Below, in pieces: positions 24,816 to 37,115 of a stretch of DNA of 64,000 nt. The stretch covers positions 186,001 to 250,000 of the forward strand of contig BAAIJX010000016.1 in NCBI GenBank assembly GCA_054600435.1, written 5' to 3'. Positions within the stretch are counted from its first letter, which is position 1; each line of letters begins with the position of its first letter. Source of the stretch: Neophaeotheca triangularis (lineage: Eukaryota). The notes beneath the pieces are model-generated. The model searched no databases, was not told the origin of the DNA, and worked only from the letters and a program-made list of their open reading frames with translations. The translations under genes and the position numbers were made by a program.

Positions 24816-27800
24816 TTGGCGCCCACGCGCTTGCGCATCGCTCGCATTACGACCTTAACGACTTCACGACCGGCCGTTTCGTACTCTCACGGCATTCGAT
24901 TTCTTACCTCCGCCACACGAAAAGCATCTGCCAGGCCATCGAGAAAAGACCATCCACACGACCCAGATCGGGTAAAGCAAGAGCGAAAGGTAGTGCTGCC
25001 GCAGCTTCAGTCTCTTCTCGCAGACCACCAACCAGCTACTCCAAGAGGAGACGAAGCAAGTGGGAGAGCTCCTGCGCCGCCATCACTTGTGCGCTACTAC
25101 GAGAGAGATTTCAATAGTCCCCCTATCCACTCCGACGAGCTCGTGAACCGTCACACACAAAATCGCCGCGCCCAACGCCTCTACCAAGACACGCGCAACC
25201 CCGACCCAACCTACCGCTGGCGCCACCGCAAAACCATCGGCCGCTCACGCGCTCCAGAAACAGTAACAGCACCCTCTACCAACAATGCCCCAGCAGCAGC
25301 ATCAGATCTAGAATCCGGCCACATCCTCTTCGACCCGGCAACCCACCTACCACGCCTACTTCCCTTCGGCCACACCACTAACCGCCCCTACCGCAACTCC
25401 ACCCACGTCGAGACGGCCAAAATGAAATCCACCGCGCAAATCCTCACCGTCCCCACCGCCGACACAGCTGGCACAACTCTCCTGCTGCATTTCGACAGCA
25501 AACGCTACCTCTTCGGCTCGCTGAGCGAAGGCACGCAACGCGCGTGCATCCAGCTGGGAGCGCGGTTGGCCAAAGTCGGCGACATCTTCATCACGGGCAA
25601 AAGCGAATGGCGCAATACCGGGGGTTTGATCGGGATGATTTTGAGTTTGGCCGATGTCACGGCTACGAGTCGCGAAGCTGCTGTTGCTGCTAATGGGGGC
25701 GTAGCGCCGCTTTTGAGCGAGGAGGAGGTTGTGAAGAAGGTTTTTGCGCTTGCCAGGGGGAGGAATTTGTTAGGGCCTGATGGGAAGGTGGGGGAGGAGG
25801 TTAGGAGGGAGCTGGAGGATGTTGTGAGGAAGGCTGCGGGGCTGAGGGTTACGGGCCCCGAGGGCATTGCGTATGGGCTTGCGACGGCGAGGCGGTTTGT
25901 GTTTCGCAAGGGCTTGCCCGTGGATGTGCATGAGGTGGGAAGTGGGGAGGGGTTGGAGTGGGAGGAGAAGGGGTGGGCGCCGTATTGGGCGGATGAGAAT
26001 ATTAAGGTCTGGGCTTTGAAGGTTTTGCCCGGTGATGAGGGGAGGCCGGTGAATCCGCGGAAGAGGAACAGTGATGAGGCGTTTGGGGAGGCAGGGGGCA
26101 GGGAGCAGGCTGAGGCAAATGGAAAGCCAAGGGGTGATGATTTCACGCAGAAACAACGCGATCAGCTTACCGTCAAGGCGGTCATCGGCGACATGTTCAA
26201 CTCAAGCTGGCGCATGGATAGCTTGACCGAAAGTCTGCTGTCCGAAGTCAGTCTCCCGGCCACACTTTTCCAACGAAACCCCGAAACTCATAAGATCGAG
26301 AAGTACTCCGGTCCTATGCTCGGTGCCAACCCGCCTCCAGACCCCAACATCAAAGTCCTGGTACGGAAACCCTGGCCCGGTGCGCTGGTCGATAGTCTAC
26401 CTATCATGCAGCCGAGCGAGGAAGCAATCAGCTATATCGTCCGCTGTCACACCCAGCGTGGTAAATTCAACCCCCAGGCCGCCATGGCTTTGAAAGTGCC
26501 CAAGGGGCAGAAATGGTCGCAGTTGGCGGGTGGTTCAGACGTGGTGAACGAGGACGGCGAGACCATAACACCCGAGCAAGTTCTGGGCGAGAGCAAAGAA
26601 GGAGGTGGTGTGGCCATCGTGGACTTGCCGCATGAATCCTACTGCGAGGCTCTCGTCAAGAGACCGGAGTGGAGGCAACCGGAAATCATGACGGGTGTTG
26701 GTGCCATCGTTTGGAATCTTGGGGCTGGTGTGGCGCAGAATGCGCACGTCAAGGCTTTTATGGGAGAGTTTGCGCAGCTTCAGCACATCGTCACGGGTGT
26801 GGATGTTACACCTAATACCATCAGTCTGGATTCTGCGGCTGCTGCCACTGTTCGCCTGCGAAAGGTCGACCCCAGCAGGTATGGTGTGCCGGATCATGAT
26901 AACAGTGCAGGAGCTGGGTTCGCTACTCAGCAATGGCCGGCGAACGTCCAGGTCGCGCAGAGGGGCCAGCAGGTCCAGCTCATGCCGAACTTTGAGGTGC
27001 AAAATTCTCTCGTGCGTGAGCCTTTGGACATCGCCGCTACTGAGGCCGAGGTTTCCCCCGAGGTTCTCGATGAAGCGCAAAAAGCGCAAACGGCTCTGAA
27101 CACCTCCAAATCAGCCCGTGAGGAATGGGCGGCTACGGTACCCTGCCCCGAAGCCGAAGTCATCACCTTAGGAACGGGCTCTGCTCTCCCCTCCAAATAC
27201 CGCAACGTGTCCGCAACGCTCCTTCGTGTCCCAAACTGGGGCAACGTCCTCTTTGACTGCGGCGAGAACACGCTCGGCCAACTCAAACGCGTCTTCAGCC
27301 CTACCGAGCTACGCGAAGTCCTCCAAAACCTACGCATCATCACCATCAGCCACATGCACGCCGACCACCATCTAGGCACCGTCAGTGTAATCAAAGCCTG
27401 GTACCAAACCGTGCACGCCGCCTCTCCGGCTCCCGCCCTCACTCCCGCGGAAATCCAATCCCTGACGACGGGAAGTGTCCGCGACGACCCCACGAGCAAA
27501 CGCCTCGCCGTTGTCACCGAAGCCGCCATGCAGCACTGGCTCCTCGAGTATTCGCGCGTGGAAGACTACGGCTACTCCCGCCTCGCCCCCTTAAACCTCA
27601 GCGCAGGCAACCCACGCCGTGCTAACAGCAGCCGCCTTAGCTGGTTCGTGGCCCCACAAACCCTCTCTCACCTCGCCCAAACGCAAGGAAAGACGGCCAT
27701 GCACCGCCACATCGACGCGCACCTCGTCCACCCGCACCTCATAGGCCTCCAGGACCTCCAAGCCGTGCACGTCCAACACTGCCGCGACGCGCGCGCCGTC

Positions 27801-28661
27801 GCCCTCACTTTCCCATCCTCCCTCTCCCCATCCTCCCACCATCCTTTCAAAGTCTCATACTCCGGAGACTGCCGCCCTTCGCCGGCATTCGCAGCCATTG
27901 GCGCCAACAGCACCGTTTGTGTCCACGAAGCGACTTTCGACGACGAGCTGGCCGGCGACGCTTTGGCCAAGAAGCATTCGACCACCAGCGAGGCGTTGGG
28001 CGTCGCGCAGAAAATGCGCGCGAGGGCGGCGGTGTTGACGCATTTCTCGCAGAGGTATCAGAAGTTGCCTGTGCTGGAGTATGAGGGGAGTGGGAACTTG
28101 GGCAGTGGGGGTGAGAATGGGGTGGGGTTGGGGGAGCTGGAAGCTGAGGAGGAAGACGGGGAGGAGGGTGAGGCTGAGGCTGAGGCTGAGGCGCCAATGG
28201 AAGTCGACGAGCCCGCCGCCGTTACTGATGTCGGTGGTAATGCTCCTGTCGTTGCGTCCGAGCATCTTTCCGCCCCACCTGCTACGGTTCCCTACCTGCC
28301 TGCTACTGCTAACGGCGCTTCCGACGCCGTCTTTGCTGCCAAACAACCACCTCCCGCCGGCCCGGAGTCTGTCAAGTTCAAACTCACGACCGATATGCGT
28401 GTTGCGGTTGCTTTTGATTACATGCGGGTCAAGGTTGGGGAGATTGCCGAGATGGAGTTTTTCACTCCGGCTTTATTGAAGTTATTAGAGGAGGAGGATA
28501 AGAAGCTCGAAGGGGAGGGGGCCGAGGATGGGGCAGGGGAGGGCAAGAATGGCAAAGCGGGTGGGGCCAAGAAAGGGAAGAAGGGGGGAAAGGGCGAGCT
28601 TGGGGAGAAGGGAGAGGCGAGTCGCGAGGGTAAGAAGGGCAAGGGTAGGCGGTTTAATTGA
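24816..28661 (+). CDS. TRZ1: Long-form tRNase Z (ELAC2/Trz1). First ATG at 25422; possible upstream TTG start at 24816
   Basis: PTADTAGT, YLFGSLSEGTQR, LGTGSALPSKYRNVS, DCGENTLGQ, SHMHADHHLG, YSGDCRP, HEAT, HST and LTHFSQRY. Confidence 0.93.
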   Translation: MAPTRLRIARITTLTTSRPAVSYSHGIRFLTSATRKASARPSRKDHPHDPDRVKQERKVVLPQLQSLLADHQPATPRGDEASGRAPAPPSLVRYYERDFNSPPIHSDELVNRHTQNRRAQRLYQDTRNPDPTYRWRHRKTIGRSRAPETVTAPSTNNAPAAASDLESGHILFDPATHLPRLLPFGHTTNRPYRNSTHVETAKMKSTAQILTVPTADTAGTTLLLHFDSKRYLFGSLSEGTQRACIQLGARLAKVGDIFITGKSEWRNTGGLIGMILSLADVTATSREAAVAANGGVAPLLSEEEVVKKVFALARGRNLLGPDGKVGEEVRRELEDVVRKAAGLRVTGPEGIAYGLATARRFVFRKGLPVDVHEVGSGEGLEWEEKGWAPYWADENIKVWALKVLPGDEGRPVNPRKRNSDEAFGEAGGREQAEANGKPRGDDFTQKQRDQLTVKAVIGDMFNSSWRMDSLTESLLSEVSLPATLFQRNPETHKIEKYSGPMLGANPPPDPNIKVLVRKPWPGALVDSLPIMQPSEEAISYIVRCHTQRGKFNPQAAMALKVPKGQKWSQLAGGSDVVNEDGETITPEQVLGESKEGGGVAIVDLPHESYCEALVKRPEWRQPEIMTGVGAIVWNLGAGVAQNAHVKAFMGEFAQLQHIVTGVDVTPNTISLDSAAAATVRLRKVDPSRYGVPDHDNSAGAGFATQQWPANVQVAQRGQQVQLMPNFEVQNSLVREPLDIAATEAEVSPEVLDEAQKAQTALNTSKSAREEWAATVPCPEAEVITLGTGSALPSKYRNVSATLLRVPNWGNVLFDCGENTLGQLKRVFSPTELREVLQNLRIITISHMHADHHLGTVSVIKAWYQTVHAASPAPALTPAEIQSLTTGSVRDDPTSKRLAVVTEAAMQHWLLEYSRVEDYGYSRLAPLNLSAGNPRRANSSRLSWFVAPQTLSHLAQTQGKTAMHRHIDAHLVHPHLIGLQDLQAVHVQHCRDARAVALTFPSSLSPSSHHPFKVSYSGDCRPSPAFAAIGANSTVCVHEATFDDELAGDALAKKHSTTSEALGVAQKMRARAAVLTHFSQRYQKLPVLEYEGSGNLGSGGENGVGLGELEAEEEDGEEGEAEAEAEAPMEVDEPAAVTDVGGNAPVVASEHLSAPPATVPYLPATANGASDAVFAAKQPPPAGPESVKFKLTTDMRVAVAFDYMRVKVGEIAEMEFFTPALLKLLEEEDKKLEGEGAEDGAGEGKNGKAGGAKKGKKGGKGELGEKGEASREGKKGKGRRFN

Positions 28662-29048
28662 TTTTTTTTTTTTTTTTTACCTCCCGATTTCTGGCGCTGC
28701 TCGCTTGCTTTGATGCTCCGTTTCTTCCTTGGGCTCGTCGTGCCATTTGCTGCCTGCTGCTATCGGTTGAGCACTGTACTAGAGGTTTTTCCCAACCCAG
28801 ATGTTCGTCGACGCAATGGGAATTTGCTGCCAATGGTAAAAGGGCAGTCCGAGACCCATGCATGGGGTGCTTCCGCCTGCGAGGCTTTAGTAGGTCTCGG
28901 GTATTGGGTTCTATGAAGACCCCCGCTAGTCCTTGTGTACTTTGTCGCCGGGTCTAGCGTAAGCCTACAGTGCTATTCTCCCACTCACCGTCGTCGGCAA
29001 GGTGGAAAAGACGCTTTCCATGCGGATGCTCTCCATGCTTCAAACTAC

Positions 29049-29163
29049 ATAGACCTCGTATCACTCGTTTGTGGGGAACTGTCCGAAAGCATCTGCATCA
29101 TTGTATATAGACCTCGTATCACTCCTTTGCGGGGAACTGTGCGGAAGCATCTGCATTATTGTA
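29049..29163. repeat. 58-bp tandem duplication (2 copies)
   Basis: atagacctcgtatcactc(g/c)tttg(t/c)ggggaactgt(c/g)cg(a/g)aagcatctgcat(c/t)attgta at 29049 and 29107. Confidence 0.85.
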
Positions 29164-29392
29164 GAGATCACCCTACTCGAGACGAGGCGAGGTGAGGTGA
29201 GGTCAAGACGGACTCTTCGCTTTTGGAATCGCGTCAGAGGCTGTAGCCGGCAGGTGCATCCTCAAGATATACATGCCTACCAAAGAGTCTTTTGAGCCAG
29301 ACGGCAACCCAGCTGCTTGGGCTCTAATATAGGCACCGAGGCCGGACCCAGGTTCTGGGACAAGAAGGCCGCCAGCATCGACTTTCCGCCAA

Positions 29393-30103
29393 TCAACCCT
29401 CATCGCGGGTTTCACTCTGGGTGCTGCGGGCGCCGTGAGCTTCGACGGCCGGTTTTTCGCCGTTGCGTCCAATGCCGTTATTCAAGTTCACAACATCGGA
29501 TCCATGACGGAAAACGGCCCGGATCCAAGTCTTCCAGGATAGTGCGGCGAGTTTTTGAGCCTTACGGGCTGGTGCGATGCGAAGCTCGTGCCAAATGGGC
29601 AAGAATTTGCGAATTGTGAGGCGGTGTAGACGCTTCCGCTTGAGGGTTGCGAGGACTCCGGGGCGGGCGGAAGAGTATCTGTATCGGCTTTGGATGGCAG
29701 TGGCAGGGTGCTCGACGTTTTCTTACCCCCAACGGCAGCGGCGAAACCCTGGGAGTCCACGGTTATGGACTCTGGAAAAAGCGAAATCACACCCACGCCC
29801 CTGATAGCCATAGAAGGCGGTTGGCCACCCTCCAGTCTGCGACTCTTCGGCCCTGACAACTGACAAATTTTCCTTGTAACGGAACGTCTTAATGTCTGGG
29901 TACCCCAAGTCATCATCTACTCGCTCGGCACCGAGAGCGGAACCGACGGATTCCACGGTCACACCAACCGCATGATTTGGACAGGCTGGTCGCTGAAAGG
30001 CCAGATTATAGGAACCGCCTCCTGGGATCATACATTCAAACTCTCTGGGACGCTGTGACGGGCGAGTTGTCCCGTCAGCGTTTTGGACCTCCGGGTGGCC
30101 CAA
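29393..30103 (-). other. Possible orphan gene fragment; putative intron 29679-29726
   Basis: GTAAGA...CAG splice would join ORF 29723-30103 in frame to the frame of ORF 29393-29602. Branch site is weak, the start is unclear and no domain is recognisable. Confidence 0.2.
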
Positions 30104-31386
30104 AATTGGTCCGGAAGCTTTTCACCCGATGGGGGATTCGTGTCTCTTGGCGGAGGAAAGCCTAAGAAAATCGAGGCTTGCGATGTTGAGGTGTTTGAGC
30201 CTTTGAGGTGGGATCCGAAGGATGAGGGTTTCGTCTTGGAGAGTTGTGGGGTTGTGTACTGATGGCGGTTTGGAGGATTCAGTGGCCGGAGGGTGTGGAA
30301 ATGGTGCAGGGTTCGGGGGCGTCGTTTTATCTTTGCGGGTTCTCGGAGGCTTGTGAATTTAGTCAGGTTTTGGAGGCTGTGATTATGCTCGTCCTGGGGT
30401 GTCTGATACGTGATAGAGCGAGCTTGCAGTTGCAGATAAAACGACATTGGAACGAGACTCTCGGCCAATACGATCTGGCGGCTCGTCGAGGCTTACCTGC
30501 TCGAGCCGCTTGTCCTGCTTCAGGGGCTGGCCAAGGTAGGTGGGCGGGTTCTGTATGTTGCAGGGTTAACACCACCGGGATGCTGACAGTTGCTCAGACG
30601 GTGATCTAAGAATTCTAGAATCTGTATGAGAACAACCGATCAGCACGCCATCCAAAACACTTCCCAGCGCTTTCCGCCCTTCCAAACTACTCAATCTTAG
30701 TCATATCGTTGAGGTCGTTAAGCCACTTCTCAAGATCGAAGATACTCATCGTCTTATTACCATCTCTCTACCGTACCGCCGGGATCAGTGAGACGAAAAT
30801 CCTCAGGCTCTACGAAATGTGAATGAAACGAGAGAAACAACAAGATTTGGCCAGTAAGAAGGCATCCCGGCGCTAATTTTCTGGCCTCTACTGTTTTCAA
30901 TGCAGTTGTAGCACACCCTTTCACGACAGGAGACACCCATGGTCAACCCTTGGATCACGCCTTTGACGGCCAGGATGAGCGCAAAATTTTGCGTAGATAT
31001 TGAGAAGGCCAAGAACAGATTATAATGATCACGGAACGAGGCCTTCTCGGTAGTTTTCATTGCTGAATTTAGACACCTGGTCCCCTCTAATGTAGCCATA
31101 GTGCTCCCTCACGAAACTAGATACCCATCGCCTGCCCCTGAACTATCCCTCTGGTCGCCAGGATCACCAGACACCAAACCCATAGACAGATGGAATACGA
31201 GAAGCACGTCAACGAAAAATTACAATCTCACCGAAACAACGCCCCCTGGCAGTGTTCATTGCTCAAGCTATAGACACCACGCCCCTTGATGTAGCCGCAA
31301 AGCCCTTTCCCCAAAACAACTACTACCCACAACCTACCTCTAAATTAACACCTAACCCGCCGAGACAACCACCCACTCTAACCCCC

Positions 31387-33715
31387 TCACTGCACCCCGT
31401 TCTCCTTCGCCGCCGCCGCCATCCCCCGAAACCCCGCCTCCACCCCATTCATCACCACGTAGAGCTCCTTGGCCCTCTTCTCCAACGCCAAGCCCACTTT
31501 CCTCTCCTTGAGCAGGAAAAAATTGACAAAAGCAGCCTGCACCAGCAACTGCACGCCCCAAAAGGGCAAGAAGGAAGTCTTGGAGGGGGTGAAGTTGGCG
31601 TCTCCGGCGCCGATGTTGGTGGAGGAGAAGCCGCAAAGGCGGAAGAAGTTGCCGGTCGCGGCGAGGAAGCCGGCGTAGCTACCGCTGGCGCGGTGGTAGC
31701 GCGCGAGCCAGTGGGTGGCTGAGAGGGCGGACTAGTGTCAATAGGTTAGTAATGATAGTCTAAACCAAGGCATTTGCGGGATACGGTGTACCCTCAGGCC
31801 CAGGTAAAGGAGGGGTTGTACTTACGATGCGTGGTATCTCCTCAAAGAGATCTTGGTCATAGCTCTCCTCGATGTGCTTCGCCAACGTCTCCATCCTCGC
31901 CACCACCGACGAAGGTATCTCGGGGCTTTGAGGATGGTACTTGGTAGTGAGCTCCTCGCCTTCGGCCATGAGCTTCTCGCGCCTCTTGAGCACCGCCGCT
32001 GTCTCCGTCATCTCAGCTGCACAGCGCAGACATACGCACTCGAAACCCCAGCTCCCGCGCAACTGCTTCTGCCGATCTTGTAACCCCTGCAGAGAGTGGA
32101 TGTAGTTGATGGTGACTTCCTCACCCGCCGCGATATCCCGCCAGGCTCGCACGAGCGTCACGTCGCCGATGTGCACGTTGACGGCGTTGGCTACGCAGCT
32201 GTGGTTGAGGCGGGAGGCCGTGAGCCAGAACCCGCGGCCGTTGTCTTCGTCGGTGCGGATTTTACCGCCTTCGCTGAAACCAAACTCTTCCGTGACTTGT
32301 TCGTCGAATGGTGGACGTATCTCAGCCGCGTTGTTGATGACGACGTCGCGGAGCTTGAAGGTGTTGATGGCGAGGAGCGGCTCTTTGGATTCGATGTTTG
32401 TGACGGTCGCGAGCTCTGGGAAGCATTTAATCAGGGAGGGGTTCTTGGAGAGTTTGGTTATGATCTTGGCCAAAAGAAAGCCGTCCATGTTCTGCGTCTT
32501 GTCGACGTGAGCGTTGTACTCCCGGAACAACGTGTTTCCATCGGCGGTGGGGAAGGTCGTTTCGAATGCCCTCTCGCAGAGGATGACTTCGCCAGCGGAT
32601 ATGGCTGATTTGGCGACAATGCCAGCTCCTTTACCCCGTAGCTCTCTGACGCCCACCTTGTCAGACTTGAAGTCTGCAATGTCCAGAAAAGGGTATCTTC
32701 CAGACCACACCTCTAGATGGGGGCCAAAGTCGAACTCACCTTTCGCTTCCTTCTTTCTCTCGTCAATCTTCAGCAGCAGAAAGCTGGGGTCTGGAAAGTC
32801 TGGCGTAGCGGCAGCGGCCTTATGACAGAGTCGTGCTGCTGCTGCATACTGGCCAAGAGTATAATGAGCGTAGGCAGCATGGAAATAGGCCTTCCCATTC
32901 AGCCACTGTGAGTCTTCGTCTTGGCCTTCGGTCACCGCTGCCAATGCATCTGCCAAACCCTCTACTGAACGCTCGGTCTCTTGGTAGCAGGTGGCGCGTT
33001 CCAGTAGAATCTCGGTCTTCAGAGTAATTTCGGAGATGTGAGTCTTCTCGAGAGCTTTGGTGAAGAGCTCGATAGCGCGGTCTTTGTGCTGTTGAGCCAT
33101 CAGCTTGCCCAGTTCTCTCAGCTCCAAGGCTTCGACACCGTGCTCGAAAAGACTTTTAGGCGTGCGCGGGTGCGTCGCATCAACCAGCTCCAGATCAGTG
33201 AGGTGCATGCACTTGATGACGGTTTGCTTCCTGTTGAGATGGGTGAAGAATGGCTCCTTGCAGACTATTACCTTGGAAGCTGGGACCATGGTGAAAGCGC
33301 TGAGGCGTATGTCCGCGACTGTCCACTGCAACAACTCCATGTTCCCATTCTTGTCCATGACGAGGCAGAAAATGCCGTTTTGTGTGAACTTGACAGGCCC
33401 GACCCTACGCAGCCAGAGGGCCTTGCCGGTGTGGCGAATTCCGGTGCGAAGTGCGTGCAGTGGCATATGGTCAAGCTTGTCAAATGGAGTTGTTGATGGG
33501 GCGTAGGGCTGGCCGACCACTGGCATTAGCTCGAGCGGATGGATCTCGTCGCCGTCTCGGTGCGCGCTCTCACGTTGAGCTGCCAACAACCTCTTCGGGT
33601 CTTTGGGCTGCCATGGCTTGCCACGATTCTCTTTCGTGAATTCGACGAGGCTCTTGGCTTGGTGCAGCTGAAGGGTTTGTCTGTCTGGGACGTATTCCGA
33701 TGGGGTGGAAGACAT
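31387..33715 (-). CDS. TPR + SET domain protein; intron 31732-31825
   Basis: TPR-like helices (RAIELFTKAL, KAYFHAAYAHYTLGQY), GKGAGIVAKSAISAGE, ASRLNHSCVANA, GEEVTINY, WGFECVCLRC. GTAAGT...CTAAC...TAG splice continues in frame into ORF 31387-31569. Confidence 0.85.
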
Positions 33716-35324
33716 CGCGCTGGTGGATGAGGAAGAGGAACGTAAGCAGAGAGATAGGAGTGAAAGGATTTGGAAGTGGTAAGCAAAGGCTGGGACTGAG
33801 CCTTGTGGGGTGGACAGGTGAAGAAACTGCGTGCTTGTGCTGAATGGAAGGTGGAAGCTTCTCGCAGTCGCTCGCTCCGAATTGTAGGGTCAAGTAGACA
33901 CGTGATCGATAGGAACTCGCTCACTTGACTTAACAAGGTCAAAAATCTCACTCCAGCGGAATGTAACGCAAGTGAAGAAAAGAAAAAGCCAATACCTCCA
34001 CGATCCTCAAAAGGTCAAAAAGAACCTTCGTTTCCCCTAGAGTACTGAAGGAGAAGACCATTTAGAATCATGCACCCAATATTTCGTAATATATCAGGCT
34101 GGTTTTACTTTCCAGAAACGGCGTGGATCGTGAATTGAACTCACGCCGAAACTTGAGGCAGCTAACCATGAGGAAGCGTTTGACGGCTTAACCCCGACCC
34201 CTCCCAACTACCTCGTGTTTTTTCAATCCGGTCACCGAAGTTTGGAGCCAAAGCTTACAAATCTTTCTGCAAAGGTTGTATATGTTGTTTTGGCTGCTTG
34301 GCTGCGAGTGTGGATTAAGGACTTGATGCGAGCGTTTGACAACCACTGCCTGGCTCTTTCACTCACTATTCATGATTTCTCGATCGTGCCAACTTGCATC
34401 GGCATTCGTTTGCAGAAAATGTGTCTTCCGCCCCATTGTCTGAAAATGGCATTGGAGCAGTTTGGTTTTCCATGTCCTTTTCCCGACCAATTGTAGGCCG
34501 AGATGCAGTAGCGCAACGCACGCCTCTGATTGGGGTCAATCTCAAGGCGCAACATATTTCAGTCATGGCGCTACATATGTAGTCTTGAAATGACTGGCAC
34601 AGCGTTGGACACCCAAAAATACGTGTGTTCCACATTGATTATCTGATCCGGACGACGGCGATGGGATTGAAGACCACTCGCTCATTACCAAAGCTTTTCA
34701 TTCAAGCGTGAAGGCCCATTGCCACAATGGAGGTTCGAGTTGCTGTCCGAAGTCTGGAAGGATATCTAAAGCCGGGGGCCACTGATGGTTTGATCGGACA
34801 ACACGGCAGGTTCCTCTTTGGTGGCTGGGTGATTGGACATGGACGGAAACGAATACAATAGACAGGGGGAAGCGGTGTAGACTGAAGCGCGGTAAAACTT
34901 ACACTACAACATCAAGACTTACTATGCTATGTGCGCTACAATATGTCGAAACCGACGACAGACAGTCGAATAATCCCTAAGACAGCAGAGGAAATGGGAC
35001 AGGTGAGGTTGCTCCAAAGACCAAAGGCTCTAGCCAAATTCGGCAAGCTCTCAGTCGCTAACCGAGGTACGGCCCACGGCTATTAGCGGTTCTGCTGAGT
35101 TATTCCCGACATCGTACAATCCGAGTATCTCAGGGCCATTGCTGTTCTATCACACCTCACTTGATAGAAAGGCAAACTTGGAAGACCGCAGCAACCGCAG
35201 CGCGTGAAATTAGAAGCCTCCCAACGAATTCCAGAAAGCACGTACAGTAGCATGGGAGCAAGATAGTCCGCCTCGAAGTCGATCTCTCGCACACTACACC
35301 AGCGGCACCCTATTTTTCGGAAAG

Positions 35325-37115
35325 ATGTTTGGCGTAACGTCCAGAGCTCTTAGGCGGCCGCGCCGACTATACAAACCATCGGCGCCACTCAGGTCAACCT
35401 ACCGACCAATCTCGTACGGAGCAGCGAACATGTCGGAGACTTTGGCCCCCGTCGAACCTGCCCTGTCCTCAACCCACCCAACAGACTCTTTCCAGCTGCT
35501 TCAGGAGTCGCAGAAGCCCGATGTAGAAGACGAGGTGTTTTTGCAACAAGTCAGACAGGTGCAGGAGTGGTGGTCCAGTCCTCGGTACAAAGGCATCAAG
35601 AGGCCGTATAGCGCCGAAGACGTGGTGTCAAAACGAGGAACATTGCAGCAGGTGTACCCTTCAAGTCTGATGGCTCGCAAGCTTTTCGATCTTCTCGAAC
35701 GACGAGCTGCTGCGGGAGAGCCCGTGCATACCATGGGCGCTATCGATCCGGTCCAGATGACACAGCAGGCGCCGCATCAAGAGATACTCTATGTTTCCGG
35801 ATGGGCCTGCTCCTCCGTCTTGACGACCACAAACGAGGTCAGCCCAGATTTTGGTGACTACCCTTACAACACCGTACCGAATCAGGTTCAGCGTATGTTT
35901 AAGGCACAGCAACTGCACGATCGCAAGCACTTTGACGCAAGAAGGAAGATGTCCGCTGCTGAACGGGCCAAAACACCTTACGTTGACTACTTGCGACCGA
36001 TTGTAGCAGACGGAGATACGGGACATGGTGGATTATCAGCAGTACTGAAGCTGGCCAAACTGTTTGCAGAGAATGGCGCGGCCGCTGTACACTTTGAGGA
36101 CCAGCTCCACGGCGGCAAGAAGTGCGGTCACTTGGCTGGTAAGGTTCTCGTGCCAATGGGCGAACACATTAATCGTCTGGTTGCGACTCGCTTCCAGTGG
36201 GATACAATGGGCTGCGAAAACTTGGTCATAGCACGCACAGACAGCGAAAGCGGCAAGCTCATCAGCTCTGCAATCGACGTGCGTGATCACGAATACATCC
36301 TCGGCGTGACAGATCCTAACATAGAGCCGCTGGCCGAAACACTGCAAACGATGGAACAATCTGGTGCTAACAGCAACGACATTGACGCCTACGAGGTTGA
36401 GTGGACAAAGAAGCATAAGCTAGTAACCTTTGACGAAGCCGCAGTGGCGCACATTAAGGCAGCAGGCAAGGACGCTCATGCTTATACATCCAAGATGACA
36501 GCCGAGCGCAACATCCCGCTCACCCGACGCAGGAACATCGCGGCAGAAATCGCCGGATCCCCTGTCCCCTTCAGCTGGGATATTCCGCGCACCCGCGAAG
36601 GCTTCTACCACTACAAAGCAGGCCTACCCGCCGCCACAAAGCGCGCGATAGAGTTCGCACCCTTTGCCGATCTTCTATGGCTCGAAACGGCCGACCCGTC
36701 AGTGCAAAAGGCCAGCGGTTTCGCGAAAGAGATTCGTGCAGCTTGTCCTGACAAGAAACTCGTCTACAACCTCTCGCCGTCTTTCAACTGGTCGGCTCAC
36801 GGATTCAGCGATGCGGATCTCAAGAACTTCATCTGGGATTTGGCGAAGCATGGGTTTGTACTGCAGCTCATCAGTCTTGCAGGCTTGCATAGCACGGCTA
36901 CAATCAGTAGCGAATTGGCGAGGAGGTACAAGGACGAGGGTATGAAGGCTTATGTTGAGGTTGTCCAAAGGAGGGAGAAGGAGTTAGGTGTTGATGTTTT
37001 GACGCATCAGAAATGGAGTGGAGCGCAGTACATGGATGGCATCATCGGCGCTATCCAGGCCGGGAGCAGTGGAAGCAAGAGTATGGGTGAGGGTAACACT
37101 GAGGGCCAGTTCTGA
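35325..37115 (+). CDS. ICL2: Mitochondrial 2-methylisocitrate lyase (ICL family)
   Basis: KKCGH catalytic motif, [27 protein letters not shown] rather than FITLAGLH is the methylisocitrate-specific signature. Arg-rich presequence. Confidence 0.92.
   Translation: MFGVTSRALRRPRRLYKPSAPLRSTYRPISYGAANMSETLAPVEPALSSTHPTDSFQLLQESQKPDVEDEVFLQQVRQVQEWWSSPRYKGIKRPYSAEDVVSKRGTLQQVYPSSLMARKLFDLLERRAAAGEPVHTMGAIDPVQMTQQAPHQEILYVSGWACSSVLTTTNEVSPDFGDYPYNTVPNQVQRMFKAQQLHDRKHFDARRKMSAAERAKTPYVDYLRPIVADGDTGHGGLSAVLKLAKLFAENGAAAVHFEDQLHGGKKCGHLAGKVLVPMGEHINRLVATRFQWDTMGCENLVIARTDSESGKLISSAIDVRDHEYILGVTDPNIEPLAETLQTMEQSGANSNDIDAYEVEWTKKHKLVTFDEAAVAHIKAAGKDAHAYTSKMTAERNIPLTRRRNIAAEIAGSPVPFSWDIPRTREGFYHYKAGLPAATKRAIEFAPFADLLWLETADPSVQKASGFAKEIRAACPDKKLVYNLSPSFNWSAHGFSDADLKNFIWDLAKHGFVLQLISLAGLHSTATISSELARRYKDEGMKAYVEVVQRREKELGVDVLTHQKWSGAQYMDGIIGAIQAGSSGSKSMGEGNTEGQF

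Noticed and set aside
17850..33715. Two SET-domain genes as a local duplication
   Set aside because: Different architectures; similarity is limited to generic SET motifs.
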